This document shows positions 1-13,506 of a DNA stretch of 64,000 nucleotides, piece by piece. Under the pieces are notes generated by a model. The model did not search any database and was not told where the DNA came from. It saw only the letters and a list, made by a program, of their open reading frames with translations. The DNA comes from Squalus acanthias (lineage: Eukaryota): positions 16,864,001 through 16,928,000 of the forward strand of contig CM059435.1 in NCBI GenBank assembly GCA_030390025.1. The letters run 5' to 3'. A program made the position numbers and the translations under genes. Position 1 is the first letter of the stretch, and each line of letters starts with the position of its first letter.

Positions 1-516
1 GCAATCACTATTGCCATATGGGGTAAAGCGGCAGAGAATCTGTGCAGAGCAAGGTTTCGCAAACAGTGATGAGATAAATGGCCAGGTAATCGGTTTTGGT
101 AATGTTAGTTATATTAATACTACCTAATCATTGTTAATGGCAAATCCACCGTTTTCTGGCTTCTCTGATGATAAAGGTAGTTGCACAATCCAGAAAGGTC
201 CATGTGCAATTCCCATTTTGTGCTTACTTAGTTTGTGTCAGGCAGAACAGCACCAGGGTACTATAATTGGATTCAATGACCTGTATCTAGGGAGAAGGAA
301 ATCAGCCAGGTTCCCTGATCCTGATCACAATCCAGTGAACCTTGCAGGTGTATTGATGCCAGGTGAGGACAGCATCAGGCTCAGCCTTGATACCCTCCAC
401 AGTCAAGTGGTCCGTCAGTATTCAATATCTAAGACTCACACATGAAGGATGGCCACTTGGACAAATGTACAGGAGGGAAATCAGCACTCATGGGCTGGTA
501 TCCCATCTTTAGAGGT

Positions 517-642
517 TTACATCTCTCCCGATTTTTATTTCTGTTGAGCTGAATGGAAATAAATATCGAGGGAGATGTAAGACAGGCTGCCGACTCGCTA
601 TCACTTGTTTTACACTATCGCACAAAGTCAAGATCTACCCCA
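517..642. mobile_element. Hairpin-containing MITE fragment
   Basis: Imperfect 25-bp inverted repeat (517-541 and 556-580). End sequence agatctacccc resembles the ggggtagaaatt ends seen at 22998 and 23647. Confidence 0.45.
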
Positions 643-1029
643 ATTCTTGCAGGAGAGGAAAATTGGCAATAAAAAGTATACTGTTCTCTGATTAGATCAG
701 CATGAAATTCCTGAATTCAGAAACTAGTCCCAATTTTTTTTCTGAAATTGTTTAATTCTTGAGACAAGGATTTATTGGAATCAAATAGGGTAATGTCAAA
801 AAAGCTCCAGTCGTCTGTTACTAGCTGATCCCCTGTAGAATTGCTTATGGATAGTTTGGCTGTGCTATTTAACTGATAACTAGACCTTTCCCTTTAAGGT
901 CATTGCTCAACCACTCCCTGTGGGGAAATGGCCTAAACAGGCAAATCCAGGTAATTGTGTATATATAAAATAAAGGCCACTTATTTGCATGCATATCTCT
1001 TACATATCTCGTCCAACTTATTCCGTAAT

Positions 1030-1500
1030 GTCTGAGCCAGCTCTTCCAATTCAACTGCCCCATCTAGTTTGGCATGACCTGCAAATCTGACCACTTTGCA
1101 TTGAATTTCTGAATCCAGGTCATTTAGGTAAATTAGAAATAGTAATGGTCCCAACAGCGAGCCTTGAGGCACACCACTCAGTACGTTCCCCCCTCCCCCA
1201 CTCTGACATAACCCTCTCTAATGAGTACTCAATGTTTCCTACCCTTCATCCAGTTTCTTATCTATTCCCAGGATTTACCAATGAATTCCCCCACAGCTTT
1301 GAGTTTAATTACTAGCCTTTAGTGTGGGACTTCACCAGAAGTCTTTTGGAAGTCAAGGTGCACCACGTCATAGGGCTTACCACAGTCCCCCTGGGTTGTC
1401 ATGTCCTCAAAGACATTGAAGAGGTCGGTCAGGCAGATCTGACCCTTCCGGATCCATGTTGATTGCTGTTAACTAGGCCATTGTTAACATAGTCCTCATC
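1030..1500 (-). mobile_element. Old CR1-like RT fragment
   Basis: PQGSLLGPLLFLIYLNDL and a degenerate LDFQK.F motif (cttttggaagtcaagg). Confidence 0.7.
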
Positions 1501-3069
1501 TTCCCCTCCTTCCAGATATGCTGGGAAACTATATTATTGGGAGGATGCTCTGGAGTGGAAACCAGGGCCTTCCATTCAGTACTATCTCATCCTGCACCAA
1601 TTCCATTTCACCAGCCATCAAACAGCCTTGCATGAGAATGATTGGAATGCAATGCACTGAGAAAAGTAATTTCTTGAGCATGATTTATGAGGTCAGTGGG
1701 ATAAGCAGAAGCATATTCTTTATGCTATTGTGGGTATTATGAACATTTTATGTATGGCACTTTATACATGTAACACAAACTGAATTTACATTCCTCAAAC
1801 CCAAGTGCAGTGATTTTTTTTTAAGAGTAATTACAACCAACCCTTTATTATAGGGAGTTTTTTTATTTAATCACCAACCTGTAGATTCTGAGAAGAACTG
1901 ACTGTGTAAGTCAGGTGACTGTTTAATAACTATGATCAGAAGGGCAGTTTCATTCCAATCATTCCTATTTTTCAATTTTGTTTACCAGGATTTGAATTGC
2001 AAATGCTGCTCCTGGCTTCCCACTTCTCTTCCTGCACTTCACCCTGATTGTTAAGGAGTCCTAGTGTAATACTTTTATATATACAGAAATACAGCTAATA
2101 CCACTGAAAATGAATATTGTTGATGCGAACACAACTTTCTTTCTCTGATTTCCACCAAAAATTTTGACTTTTGTTTTTTTTCTGACTCTTGATTGTATTT
2201 TTGAAAGGTCGAAAATAAACCTCAGAATATTCTTGGGAAATGTTTTCAAAAATAAAAACTGAAAATGCAGAGCTCTTCTCACAGATCAGCCATACAGATC
2301 TCTTCATTCAGAGCCCAGCAGATTTCAGATTGTCACTACTCCAATAGTCACTTTAACTCACTAATCTTCAATTTAATGTGTAAGGAGTGGAGATTTTGGT
2401 CTTGCCAAAGCTGTGTATGTGCATTATTGTTGACATTCTGACAGATCACAATGCAATTTGTTGCATAAAAGTGTAAGTTCATTTATCAATATAGAATTTT
2501 TGCTACACTTTCAGTATATTATCTGGAGTAATCATATGGCTGTTGGAGCTTACAACGTCTACTCAAAAGTCATCAGATGAATGTTGTACAAGGTTGAGTT
2601 AGACTCAGTTTGAAAACTGTGATCTCACCCACTGCATTGGTATTAAGGTAACTCTGATGTTGACTCTTATATTCTAGTATAGAATATTAAATATATATAA
2701 GTGGAATAAATACATTCATTGCCACATATTGATAAAATCATATTACTGTATGTAGTTGAATTGTTTTCCCATTCTATTACGTTGAGGATTTTTGATCTAA
2801 ATCAAAGTTATATACGCTCTTGATCTGATAGGGAGGACTAGGACATAATTTACAGTGACTTACCATTTCCTTATCAAAGATCCTTAATAGCATCACCAAT
2901 CTTAACAATAGCAATTTCTGGTCAATGATATGATAATCACTAAATATGAGAATATACCAATTATCTTGGTTGGTGAAAGGGAATGCTTAAGTATATCTAC
3001 AACAACATAAAACTGTGGATTGGCTTAGTGCTTTGTGCTGATTATGATGGAATTGTATGCTTTTGTTAC

Positions 3070-3602
3070 CTCCAGACTCGACTATTCCAGTGCTCTACTG
3101 GCCAGCCTCCCACCTTCCACCCATCACAAACTTTAGCTCACCCAAAATTCTTGTCCTGTTCACCCATCACCCCTGTGCTTGCTGACCTACATTAGCTCCT
3201 GGTCCAGCAATGTCTCGATTTTAAAATTCTCATCATTGTTTTCAAATCCCTCCATAGCCTCGCCCCTCCCTTACTCTGTAACCTCCTCCAGCCCTACAAC
3301 CCTCCAAGATCTCTGCGCTCCTCTAATTCTGGCCTCTTGCACATCCCTGATATTTATCGCTTCACCATTGGTGGCTGTGTCTTCAACTGGGTAGGCCCTA
3401 CCCTCTGGAATACCCTCCCTAAACCTCTCTGTCTCTCTCTCTTCCTTTAAGAGGCTCCTTAAAACCTACCTCTTTGACCAAGCTTTTGATCACCTGCCCT
3501 AATATCTCCTTATCAAATTTTGTTTGATAACACTCCTGCGAAGCACCTTGGGACATTTTACTATGTTAAAGACACTATATAAATGCAAGTTGTTGTTGTT
3601 GT
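3070..3602 (+). mobile_element. L2-type LINE 3' fragment
   Basis: Contains cacccatcacccctgtgcttgctgacctaca (HITPVL-like) and ends tataaatgcaag(ttg)n. Confidence 0.8.
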
Positions 3603-4123
3603 AAGCTTTTTCTAAGACAAAATTACTAACAACTAGCATTCTACTCCAAAAGAAGTGTTCTGCTCCTAATAAGTCCCTTTGATTCTCACATCATTGTGAC
3701 AAACTATAGCACAATATAAAGTACTCAGAAAATCATACATTATGACCAATAAATCTTGGAGCTCAGTAATATAAAATGATTGCTATGATATTTTTATTGG
3801 CCTGTTTTCTCTTTCAGCAGTTCCCACAGTGGACTTTGTCCCTTACAATCCAGAAGCTGTACCTCTTTTGACAATCTGCTACATGACCCCCAAAGATTAA
3901 CAATTACCCTTCTTGCAGTGATGTGTTTACTGGATTAACATGATAATGTCATTTGTACACTTGCTTCAAACAAACGGATATTACTCATGGCCTGGAACTT
4001 TTTCAAGCTCAAACATCCAAAACATTTATTTACAAAATGAAACATCAAAGGAATTTGATGACTATTATTCATTACAGGATCAGACATGAATAAATTAACA
4101 GCTATATTGGATAAGTTGCCTTT

Positions 4124-4994
4124 TAAGAACATAAGAACATAAGAAGATAAGAAACAGGAGCAGGAGTAGGCCAATCGGCCCCTCGAGCCTGCTCCGCCAT
4201 TCAATAAGATCATGGCTGATCTGATCTTGGCCTCAGCACCACTTTCCCGCTCTCTCCCCATACCCCTTGACTCCCTTGTAGTTCAAATGTCTGTCAATCT
4301 CCGCCTTGAATATATTCAATGACTCCGCCTCCACAGCTCTCTGGGGTAGAGAATTCCAAAGATTCACGACCCTCTGAGAGAAGAAATTCCTCCTCATCTC
4401 CGTCTTAAATGGGCGACCCCTTATTCTGAAACTGTGCCCCCTAGTTCTAGATACCCCCACTAGGGGAAATATCCTCTCAGCATCCACCCTGTCAATCTCC
4501 CTCAGAATCTTATATATTTCAATAAGATCACCTCTCATTCTTCTAAACTCCAATGAGTATAGGCCCAACCTGCTCAACCTTTTGTCATATGTCAACCCCT
4601 TCATCCCAAGAATCAACCTAGTGAACCTTCTCTGCACTGCCTCCAATGCAAGTATATCCTTCCTTAAATATGGAGACCAAAACTGTACGCAGTACTCCAG
4701 GTGCGGTCTCACCAGCACCCTGTAAAGTTGCATCAAAACTTCCCTACTTTTATACTCCATACCCCTTGCAATAAAGGCCAACATTCCATTAGCCTTCCTA
4801 ATTACTTGCTGTACCTGCATGCTAACTTTTTGTGTTTCATGTACTAGGACCCCCAGATCCCTTTGTACCTAAGCATTTTGTAGTCTCACTCCATTTAAAT
4901 AATAATTTGCTTTTTCATTCTTCCTTCCAAAGTGGATAACCTCACATTTTCCCACATTATACTCCGTCTGCCAAATTTTGCCCACTCACTTAAC
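4124..4994 (-). mobile_element. 5'-truncated CR1 LINE
   Basis: ORF 4233-4820 is closely similar to the C-terminus of the intact ORF2. Tail is (aagaacat)n on the plus strand. Confidence 0.92.
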
Positions 4995-7900
4995 AGCAGC
5001 TTCTGATGAAGAAAAAAAACAGCTTTGCTGACTTATGAAACAATGTCCTGGTTACTGACAAGATGAATTCAGCAGATTTCATCTTCTTGTACCACACTCA
5101 CTATCAATGTTTCAATTTGAATTGAAACTTAATATACATAATGTAAGCCTCATGCTCCAAGGTCCTCTGTCCCAGAACGCAGATTGAATTCCTAAACAGA
5201 AAAACCTTCCAGTTTGACACCTATTATTTCCTTTGAAGTAGGTTCAGATGAATCAGGTGTAAGAGATTCCTCATAGAAGAGGTATTTAGATGATGGTTTC
5301 ATGATCTCACAGATGATATTTAATGACAGTGCATTTCATTATAACAATTGGCAGTGGATGAACATTTGACTTGACAATGAGACAGACGGAAAGATTTCAT
5401 ATGATTATTTCACATATAGAATAAGTCCTTTCACATCAAAGAATGTTGTGATGAACTGCATCAAGTCAATAGTTTCATTTGAATTTTTGGAATCAACAAG
5501 TTCTATTTTCTCTTTAATTAATTGTAGCAGGGATCATGAAAATTCAACATTTATGACATAATTCTCCTTCTGGATGAGATTGCTCACAGTTGCCAGCACA
5601 TGACACCCACGTGAACCAACTTTGCCAGTCATTCTTATTGTGATAACCCATCTGCATTACCATTCTCTGGGGGCGAAATTGCTCCACGCCTGTGTTGTCC
5701 AATAGAAATCGCTGACTAGCCAAAGGCATGGCTACAGCAACACTGTTTTAGTGCCACCTGCATTAATTTTAGTAGAAAGCGCTTTACACACAATACAGGT
5801 AAATGTACTTCACGTGTATATTTACTTAATAAACATCTACCAACATTCAGTGCAAAGCTTCGCCATCTTCCCCTTTCACCAGAGTTTGGAATTCTCGCAT
5901 GAATTTATCAGCCACAACATATCTTAGTGCAGCTTCTAGGTCTTTGTCCAGCAGTTGTGAGCAGTACTTTTGACTTCATCAGAGCAATTGCTGAGAATGG
6001 TGACTCGCACAACGAGGTGTCACGATGTGCCCTGTTGGAGCTGTACGTTATTGGCTAGACTGGCTTCCTTCTGCTGGCTTGGAGCGGTTATTCCGATTGG
6101 TTGAGCTGACCACGATGACAGCTCCTCTCTCCATACAATGTTGCTGGTGTTTCCAGGGTGCTGAAGTCTGGCGTCTTCTCCTGTGTTACACACCATTTTA
6201 GCAGATAACCAATAAGCAGTCACCAAGGAGTAAACTTGCAGCATTTTTTTAAGCTGTAATGCACTCATTCTCAAACTTTTATCATTTGGACTTTCAACGG
6301 TTTGAGTACGGATTCTCCTTTGATGTTGAGGTAACTTGATCAGTTGATGTTTTCACAAATAAAATATGTATGACATCATTTGGTATCATAGTATCACCAC
6401 TGATTATATGTAGGCCAATGTCAAGCCATATTCTTCAGGTAATTGTAACCAGTGTGGTAGTTTGAGAAGACCAAATCAATAACTCTGTTGAGAAGGTGAA
6501 TTATGATATTGTCCAATAGTTTCTAAAAATTGCAAACTCTCTTCAGTTACAAAAATGGCTTGATAACTTAATTTCAGGCAAAAAACAGCAAAGCTCTTGG
6601 GAGAGATCGGTGGAAATCCTCAAGAAGGCTTAGATTTTTTAATCATTATCACTAACTTCACTGTTCTACAAATAGCCACTTAGTAATGTGTTATTATAGT
6701 CCTGCTGGTCAGGGATTAGTGGAGTCTAAAGCTATGCTGATCAATGGATTTGAAAAGAATGGCCTAGTCCATGCTGAAGATCCGATTTCCCAACACTGAA
6801 GTGATGTAAAAGGTTTTCAAGTCCTCCTCCAGATCACGACTGGATTTATACCATGAAAGCTTCATATTTATGCCAAGGAATACAAGAGCTATTATTCCTC
6901 CAGCTCAACGTTATTTTAATCTAAAGAATCTGCAAGAAATACTAGTAGCAAAAGTTTAACGCACAATCTTTCTGTCAGATAATATCAATGTTTAGAACTG
7001 TGCCTATTGTATACAGAAGTTCAAATGCATTTGCAGAACCAGGGCAATTGGAACAATCATTAAACCATTCAAAATCTCTGACGTGCCCATTGGCATCTAA
7101 GTACAATTTTCTCCATATCTTTCTGGGATCACAGCAGCAATAAGGTCAACTTTGTGAAACATCAGTTACAGTTAAATTGTATCTCTGGCTTTGGCCTGTT
7201 GTTACGTCATCCAGAACACAAGACAGGTAACCAGCAGTAGTTTTGGTGCTCACTTGTAATGTAAAAGAAGTAGTGATAATTGTAAACATCTTCCATGCAG
7301 GCAACAAATTAAGATCTTTGTACCATCTATGGTGTTTCTTTCTACTTTATAACATTCTTCTGTTCACTATTTTTTCAGTTGGAGACTTGAATAAAGCATG
7401 CCTTTTGCTCCTTCCTCAGTAGGTTGGTCAAGAACAATCCCTTTGCTGTTATCACTTACATTTATCTAAAGTGCAAAAAGCTTTTTTCAATCTAGATACT
7501 TCAATACTTGAATTTTTTTGTGTTTGGTAAGTAGTTTTAAATTTAGCAGCCCATACAATTCACTTACATGTGCTGCCTTTGTCAGCAAGATGTTAGCCAT
7601 CATGTCATAGGAAATGAATTAAAAGTAAATCATCGGCTCCAAAGTATTGTTTGACCTCCATATTAAATAATAGATTTTACCTTGAGGGAGTCTGGTCTTC
7701 TGTTAATCTAAGTAGGCCGCTGACCAATCTCATTTTTTTTTCTCCTATTCCTCTACTTCTGAATTCCAATACACCGATGCCAAGTCCATAGTCAAGGAAT
7801 TTTCAGTAATTCAAAAGGCATCTAGCACATTGACTCCTCTTCTGGTGCCATTATTTAAGAAACCAAATGGTTGGTTTTTTTTTCGTTTTTTTCTTCGCCA

Positions 7901-8474
7901 CTTATAATGAACAATGTTCCATTAACTCACTGGAACAGTGTAGCCTGTCGAACAATGGGAAATGGTTCCATAGCAATCTAATGGCTCACTTGGGAGGTAT
8001 GCCTTTGGTTACGTTACTTCAGCAAATATGTCAGAATAGACATTTATGAACCTTTGAAGCTGAGTTTTTATCTGGCTTACATTTATCTGGAGTTTATAAA
8101 ACTCGGCATCTTCTATCATCACTGCTTCTACGCCTTTATATTAGCATTAGTGCTACTTCCAGTCAATGCAAATTTGATGAGTGAAATATTTCTATATATT
8201 GCATATGCATGATAGTTAACTATCCTATAATTTACAAGTAAAAAGTAATCTACAAATAGCGTGGCTCATGCCATGTGATCTAATATACTTTCAAGTCCCG
8301 TGTCACTAGCACACCTATGTTACGCAGTACTACTTACTTTCATCTTCAAACAGCATTAGCAAACTTCCACATCAAATGGACTGCTGGACCACATCAAAAC
8401 AATGAGAAACCAATAAGAAAAGAAATAGATGATATACGTGACAAATCCATTGCCTATACTATCCCTATACTGCT

Positions 8475-8592
8475 ACGGTAGTGTAGTAGTTATATTAATG
8501 GTACTGGTTAATCCAGAGACCTGGACTAATAATATGTAATCTGTGAGATGTGAGTTCAAATCCCACCACGGTTATTTGTAAATTTGAATTCA
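8475..8592 (+). mobile_element. tRNA-like head of an older retroelement (segment 1 of the nest host)
   Basis: Degenerate A-box and B-box-like GAGTTCAAATCCC. The sequence appears to resume at ~10195 after the nested insertions. Confidence 0.6.
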
Positions 8593-8801
8593 ACAACAAC
8601 TTGTATTTATATAGCGCCTTTAATGTAGTAAAACACCCCAAAGCACTTCACAGGAGTGTTTTTCGACAAAAATTTTACTCCGAGCCACATAAGAAGGAAT
8701 TAGGGCAGATGACCAAAAGTGTGGTCAAAGAGGTAGGTTTTAGGGAGTGTCTTAAAGGAGGAAAGAGAGGTAGAGAGACGGAGAGGTTTAGGGAGGGAGT
8801 T
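8591..8801 (-). mobile_element. L2-type LINE 3' end (left part of a split fragment)
   Basis: (CAA)n tail followed by ttgtatttatatagcgcctttaatgtag. Same family as 3070-3602. Continues at 9853. Confidence 0.75.
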
Positions 8802-9852
8802 TAAAAAAAATTCATTTATGCGATGTGGGCATCGCTGGCAAGGCCAGCATTTATTGCCCATCCCTAATTGCCCTTGAGAAGGTGGTGGTGAGCCACTTTC
8901 TTGAACTGCTGCAGTCCGTGTGGTGAAGGTACTCCCACAGTGTTGTTAGGTAGGGAGTTCCAGGATTTTGACCCAGCGACGATGAAGGATCGGCGATATA
9001 CTTCTAAGTCAGGATGGTGTGTGACTTGGAGGGGAACTTGGAGGTGGTGGTGTTCCCATGCGTCTGCTGCCCTTGTCCTTCTAGGTGGAAGAGGTCGCGG
9101 GTTTGGGAGGTGCTGCCGAAGAAGTCTTGGCGAGTTGCTGCAGTGCATCTTGTAGATGGTACACACTGCAGCCACGGTACGCCGGTGGTGGAGGGAGTGA
9201 ATGTTTAAGGTGGTAGATGGGGTGCCAATTAAGCGGAGTGCTTTGTCCTGGATGGTGTCGAGCTTCTTGAGTGTTGTTGGAGCTGCACTCATCCAGGCAA
9301 GTGGAGAGTATTCCATCACACTCCTTACTTGTGTCTTGTAGCTGCTGGAAAGGCTTTGGGGAGTCAGGAGGTGAGACACTTGCCACAGAATACCCAGCCT
9401 CTGATGTACTCTTGTTGCCACGGTATTCATGTGGCTGGTCCAGTTAGGTTTCTGGTCAATGGTGACCCCCAAGATGTTGATAGTGGGGGATTCGGCAATG
9501 GTAATGCCATTGAATGTCAAGGGGAGGTGGTTAGACTCTCGCTTGTTGGAGATAGTCATTGCCTGACACTTCTGTGGCGCGAATGTTACCTGCCACTTAT
9601 CAGCCCAAGCCTGAACGTTGTTCAGGTCTTGTTGCATGCGGGCATGGACTGCTTAATTATCTGAGGAGTTGTGAATGGCACTGAACACAGTGCAATCATC
9701 AGCGAACATCCCCATTTCTGACCTTATGTTGGAGGGAAGGTCATTGATGAAGCAGCTGAAGATGGTTGGGCCTAGGACATTACCCTGAGGAACTCCTGCA
9801 GCGATGTCCTGGGGCTGTGATGATTGACCTTCAATCACCACAACCATCTTCC
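8802..9852 (-). mobile_element. 5'-truncated CR1-group LINE (RT C-terminal part) inserted in the L2 fragment
   Basis: ORFs 9653-10072 and 8864-9637 give GVPQGNVLGP, MFADDC, WQVTFAPQKCQ, MEYSPLAW and WNSLP. Possible AGTT TSD. Confidence 0.85.
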
Positions 9853-10187
9853 AGTTCCAGTGCTTAGGGCCTTGGCAGCTGAAGGCACGGCCACCAATGG
9901 TTGAATGCTTATAATCAGGGATGCTGAAGAGGGAAGAATTTGAGGAGCACGGATATCTCAGGAGGTTGTGGGGCTGAAGGAGATTACAGAGATAGGGAGG
10001 GGCGAGGCCATGGAGGGATGGGAATTTTGAAATCGAGGCGTTACTTAACCGGGAGCCAATGGAGGTCAGCATGCACAGGGGTGATGGGTGAATGGGACTT
10101 GGTGCGTGTTAGGACACGGGCAGCCGAGTTTTGGATGACCTCAAGGTAGAATGTGGGAGGCCAGCCAGGAGTGCGTTGGAATAGTTA
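9853..10187 (-). mobile_element. L2-type LINE fragment (right part of the split fragment)
   Basis: Encodes LHGLAPPYLCNLL...GGRAFS. Joins 8801 to restore gggagggagttccag. Confidence 0.75.
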
Positions 10188-10194
10188 AAAAAAA

Positions 10195-10422
10195 AATTAA
10201 ATAAAACTGGAATAAAAAGCTAGCATTAGTAATGATGAGCATGAAGCTATCGGATTGTCATTAAAACCTAATTGGTTCACTAATATCCTTTCGGGAAGGA
10301 AACCTGTCGTCTTTACCCGGTCTGGCCTATATGTGACTCCAGACCCATAGCAATGTGATTGACTCTTAACTGTCCTCTGAAATAGCCTAGCAAGCCACTC
10401 AGTTGTATCAAACCACTACAAA
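10195..10422 (+). mobile_element. Nest host segment 2 (SINE-like body of the tRNA-headed element)
   Basis: Non-coding repeat-like body ending in gcaagccactcagttgtatcaaaccactacaaa at the CR1 target site. Confidence 0.55.
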
Positions 10423-10522
10423 CATAGAAACATAGAAACATAGAAAATAGGTACAGGAGTAGACCATTCGGTCCTTCGAGCCTGCACCGCCATTCAATGC
10501 GTTCATGGCTGAACATGCTACC

Positions 10523-13459
10523 TCAGTACCCCATTCCTGCTTTTTCGCCATACCCCTTGATCCCCTTAGTTGTGAGTGTTATATCTAACTCCCTTTTGAA
10601 TATATTTAGCGAACTGGCCTCAACAACCTTCTGTGGAAGAGAATTCCATAGATTCACCACTCTCTGGGTGAAGAAGTTCCTCCTCAGCTCAGTCCTAAAT
10701 GGCTTCCCCTTAATCCTTAGACTGTGACCCCTGGTTCTAGTTTTCCCTACCATTGGGAACATTCTGCCCGCATCTAATTTGTCTAAACCAGTCAGGATTT
10801 TAAATGTCTCTATAAGATCCCCCCTCATTCTTCTGAACTCCAGAGGATACAAGTTCAGTTGACCCAATCTTTCTTGATATGTCAGTCCGGCCATCCCAGG
10901 AATCAATCTAGTGAACCTTCGCTGCACTCCCTCAATAGCAAGAATGTCCTTCCTTAAGTTAGGAGACCAAAACTGCGCACAATACTCCAGGTGTGGCCTC
11001 ACCAAGGCCCTGTACAACTGTAGCATCACCTCCCTACTCCTGTACTCAAATCCCCTTGCTATGAAGGCCATCATTCCGTTTGCTTTCTTGACTGCCTGCT
11101 GCACTTGCATTCCCACCTTCAGTGACTGATGTACCATGACGCCCAGGTCTCGTTGCACGTCCCCTTTCCCTAATCTGCCACCATTCAGGTAATAGTCCGC
11201 CTCTCTATTTTTACCACCAAAGTGGATAACCTCACATTTATCCACATTGTACTTCATCTGCCATACATTTGCCCATTCACCCAACCTGTCCAAGTCACTC
11301 TGTAGCCTCCTAGCATCCTCCTCATTGTTCACACTGCCTCCCAATTTAGTGTCATCCGCAAATTTGGAGATATTACATTTAATCCCTTCGTCCAAATCAT
11401 TAATATATAATGTAAACAGCTGGGGTCCCAGCACCGAACCCTGCGGTACCCCGCTGGTCACTGCCTGCCATTCTGAAAAGTACCCATTTACTCCTACTCT
11501 TTGTTTCCTGTGTGCCAACCAGTTCTCAATCCACGTCAACACATTACCCCCAATCCCATGTGCTTTAACTTTGCTCACCAATCTCTTGTGTGGGACCTTG
11601 TCGAAGGCCTTCTGAAAGTCCAAATACACCACATCTACTGGTTCCCCCCTGTCCACCCTATTGGAAACATCCTCAAAAAATTCCAGAAGATTTGTCAAGC
11701 ATGATTTCCCTTTCACAAATCCATGCTGACTTGGACCTATCATGTCGCCACTTTCCAAATGGTCTGTTATGACATCTTTAATAATTGCTTCCATCATTTT
11801 ACCCACGACCGATGTCAGGCTGACCGGTCTATAATTCCCTGCTTTCTCCCTCCCTCCTTTTTTAAAAAGAGGGGTTACATTGGCCACCCTCCACTCCATC
11901 GGAACTGATCCAGAGTCTAAGGAATGTTGGAAAATGATCGTCAATGCATCCACTATTTCCAAGGCCACCTCCTTAAGTACTCTGGGATGCAGACCATCAG
12001 GCCCCGGGGATTTTTCAGCCTTCAGTCCCATCAATTTCCCCAATACCTTTTCCCGACTAATAAGGATTTCCCTTAGCTCCTCCCTCTTACCAGATCCTCT
12101 GACCCCTTTTATTTCCGGCAGGTTGTGTGTGTCCTCCACAGTAAACACCGAACCAAAGTACTTGTTCAATTGATCTGCCATTTCCTTGTTCCCCATTACG
12201 ACTTCCCCTGTTTCCGACTGCAGGGGACCTACGTTTGTTTTTACTAACCTCTTTCTTTTTACATATTTATAGAAGCTTTTGCAGTCCATTTTAATGTTCT
12301 CTGCAAGCTTCCTTTCATATTTTATTTTCCCTGCCCTAATCAAACCCTTCGTCCTCCTCTGCTGAGTTTTGAAGTTCTCCCAGTCCCCGGGTTTGCTGCT
12401 ACTTCTGGCCAATTTGTATGCAACTTCCTTGGTTTTAATACTATCCCTGATTTCCCTTGTTAGCCATGGTTGAGCCACCTTCCCTTTTTTATTTTTATGC
12501 CAGACCGGGATGTACAATTGTTGTAGTTCATCCATGCGATCTCTAAATGTCTGCCATTGCCCTTCCACTGATAGCCCCTTAAATATCGCTTGCCAATTTA
12601 ACCTCGCCAATTCACGCCTCATACCCTCAAAGTTGCCCTTATTTAAGTTCTGGACCATGGTCTCTGACTTAACTGTTTCCTTCTCCATCCTAATGTAGAA
12701 CTCCACCATACTATGGTCACTCTTCCCCAGGGGGCCTCGTACCACAAGATTGCTGATTAGTCCCTCCTCATTACACAACACCCAGTCCAGGATGGCCTCC
12801 CCTCGAGTTGGTTCCTCAACATATTGGTTTAGGAAACCATCCCTTAAACACTCCAGGAAATCCTCCTCCACCGTATTGCTTCCAGTTTGAGTAGCCCAAT
12901 CTATGTGCATATTAAAGTCACCCATGATAACTGCCGTGCCTTTTTTGCACGCACCTCTGATTTCCTGTTTCATACCCTCCCCCACCTCACTACTGCTGTT
13001 TGGAGGTCTGTACACAACTCCCACTAACGTTTTCTGCCCTTTGGTGTTCTGCAGCTCAACCCATATTGATTCCACATCCTCCAAGCTGATGTCCTTCCTA
13101 GCTATTGCATTAATCTCCTCTTTAACCAGCAATGCTACCCCACCCCCTTTTCCTTTTATTCTATCCTTTCTGAATGTTGAATACCCCTGGATGTTCAGTT
13201 CCCAGCCTTGATTGTTCTGGAGCCACGTCTCTGTAATCCCAATCACATCGTATCCATTAACATCTATTTGCACAGTCAATTCATCCACCTTATTACGGAT
13301 ACTCCTTGCATTAAGACACAGAGCCTTTAGGCTTGTTTTATTAACATCCTTTGTCCTTTTAGACTTATGATTTAGTATGGCCCTTTGTGTTTCTTGCCTT
13401 TGTTTACTCGGCCTTCCCCTATTGTTTCTCACCCTTCTAACATTTGTTTCTGACTGCAT
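10523..13459 (-). CDS. CR1 ORF2: APE endonuclease and reverse transcriptase (978 aa)
   Basis: Uninterrupted ORF. Endonuclease motifs: LNARS, ITETWL, GDFN, SDH. RT motifs: YRPVSLTS, YLDFQKAFDKV, GVPQGSVLGP, KFADD. CR1-type C-terminus RTRGH...FFTQRVVNLWNSLP. Confidence 0.96.
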   Translation of the reverse strand: MQSETNVRRVRNNRGRPSKQRQETQRAILNHKSKRTKDVNKTSLKALCLNARSIRNKVDELTVQIDVNGYDVIGITETWLQNNQGWELNIQGYSTFRKDRIKGKGGGVALLVKEEINAIARKDISLEDVESIWVELQNTKGQKTLVGVVYRPPNSSSEVGEGMKQEIRGACKKGTAVIMGDFNMHIDWATQTGSNTVEEDFLECLRDGFLNQYVEEPTRGEAILDWVLCNEEGLISNLVVRGPLGKSDHSMVEFYIRMEKETVKSETMVQNLNKGNFEGMRRELARLNWQAIFKGLSVEGQWQTFRDRMDELQQLYIPVWHKNKKGKVAQPWLTREIRDSIKTKEVAYKLARSSSKPGDWENFKTQQRRTKGLIRAGKIKYERKLAENIKMDCKSFYKYVKRKRLVKTNVGPLQSETGEVVMGNKEMADQLNKYFGSVFTVEDTHNLPEIKGVRGSGKREELREILISREKVLGKLMGLKAEKSPGPDGLHPRVLKEVALEIVDALTIIFQHSLDSGSVPMEWRVANVTPLFKKGGREKAGNYRPVSLTSVVGKMMEAIIKDVITDHLESGDMIGPSQHGFVKGKSCLTNLLEFFEDVSNRVDRGEPVDVVYLDFQKAFDKVPHKRLVSKVKAHGIGGNVLTWIENWLAHRKQRVGVNGYFSEWQAVTSGVPQGSVLGPQLFTLYINDLDEGIKCNISKFADDTKLGGSVNNEEDARRLQSDLDRLGEWANVWQMKYNVDKCEVIHFGGKNREADYYLNGGRLGKGDVQRDLGVMVHQSLKVGMQVQQAVKKANGMMAFIARGFEYRSREVMLQLYRALVRPHLEYCAQFWSPNLRKDILAIEGVQRRFTRLIPGMAGLTYQERLGQLNLYPLEFRRMRGDLIETFKILTGLDKLDAGRMFPMVGKTRTRGHSLRIKGKPFRTELRRNFFTQRVVNLWNSLPQKVVEASSLNIFKRELDITLTTKGIKGYGEKAGMGY

Positions 13460-13506
13460 ATTACTTCCCCCTGTTTCGCTACATAGGTTCCCATTCCCCT
13501 GCCATA

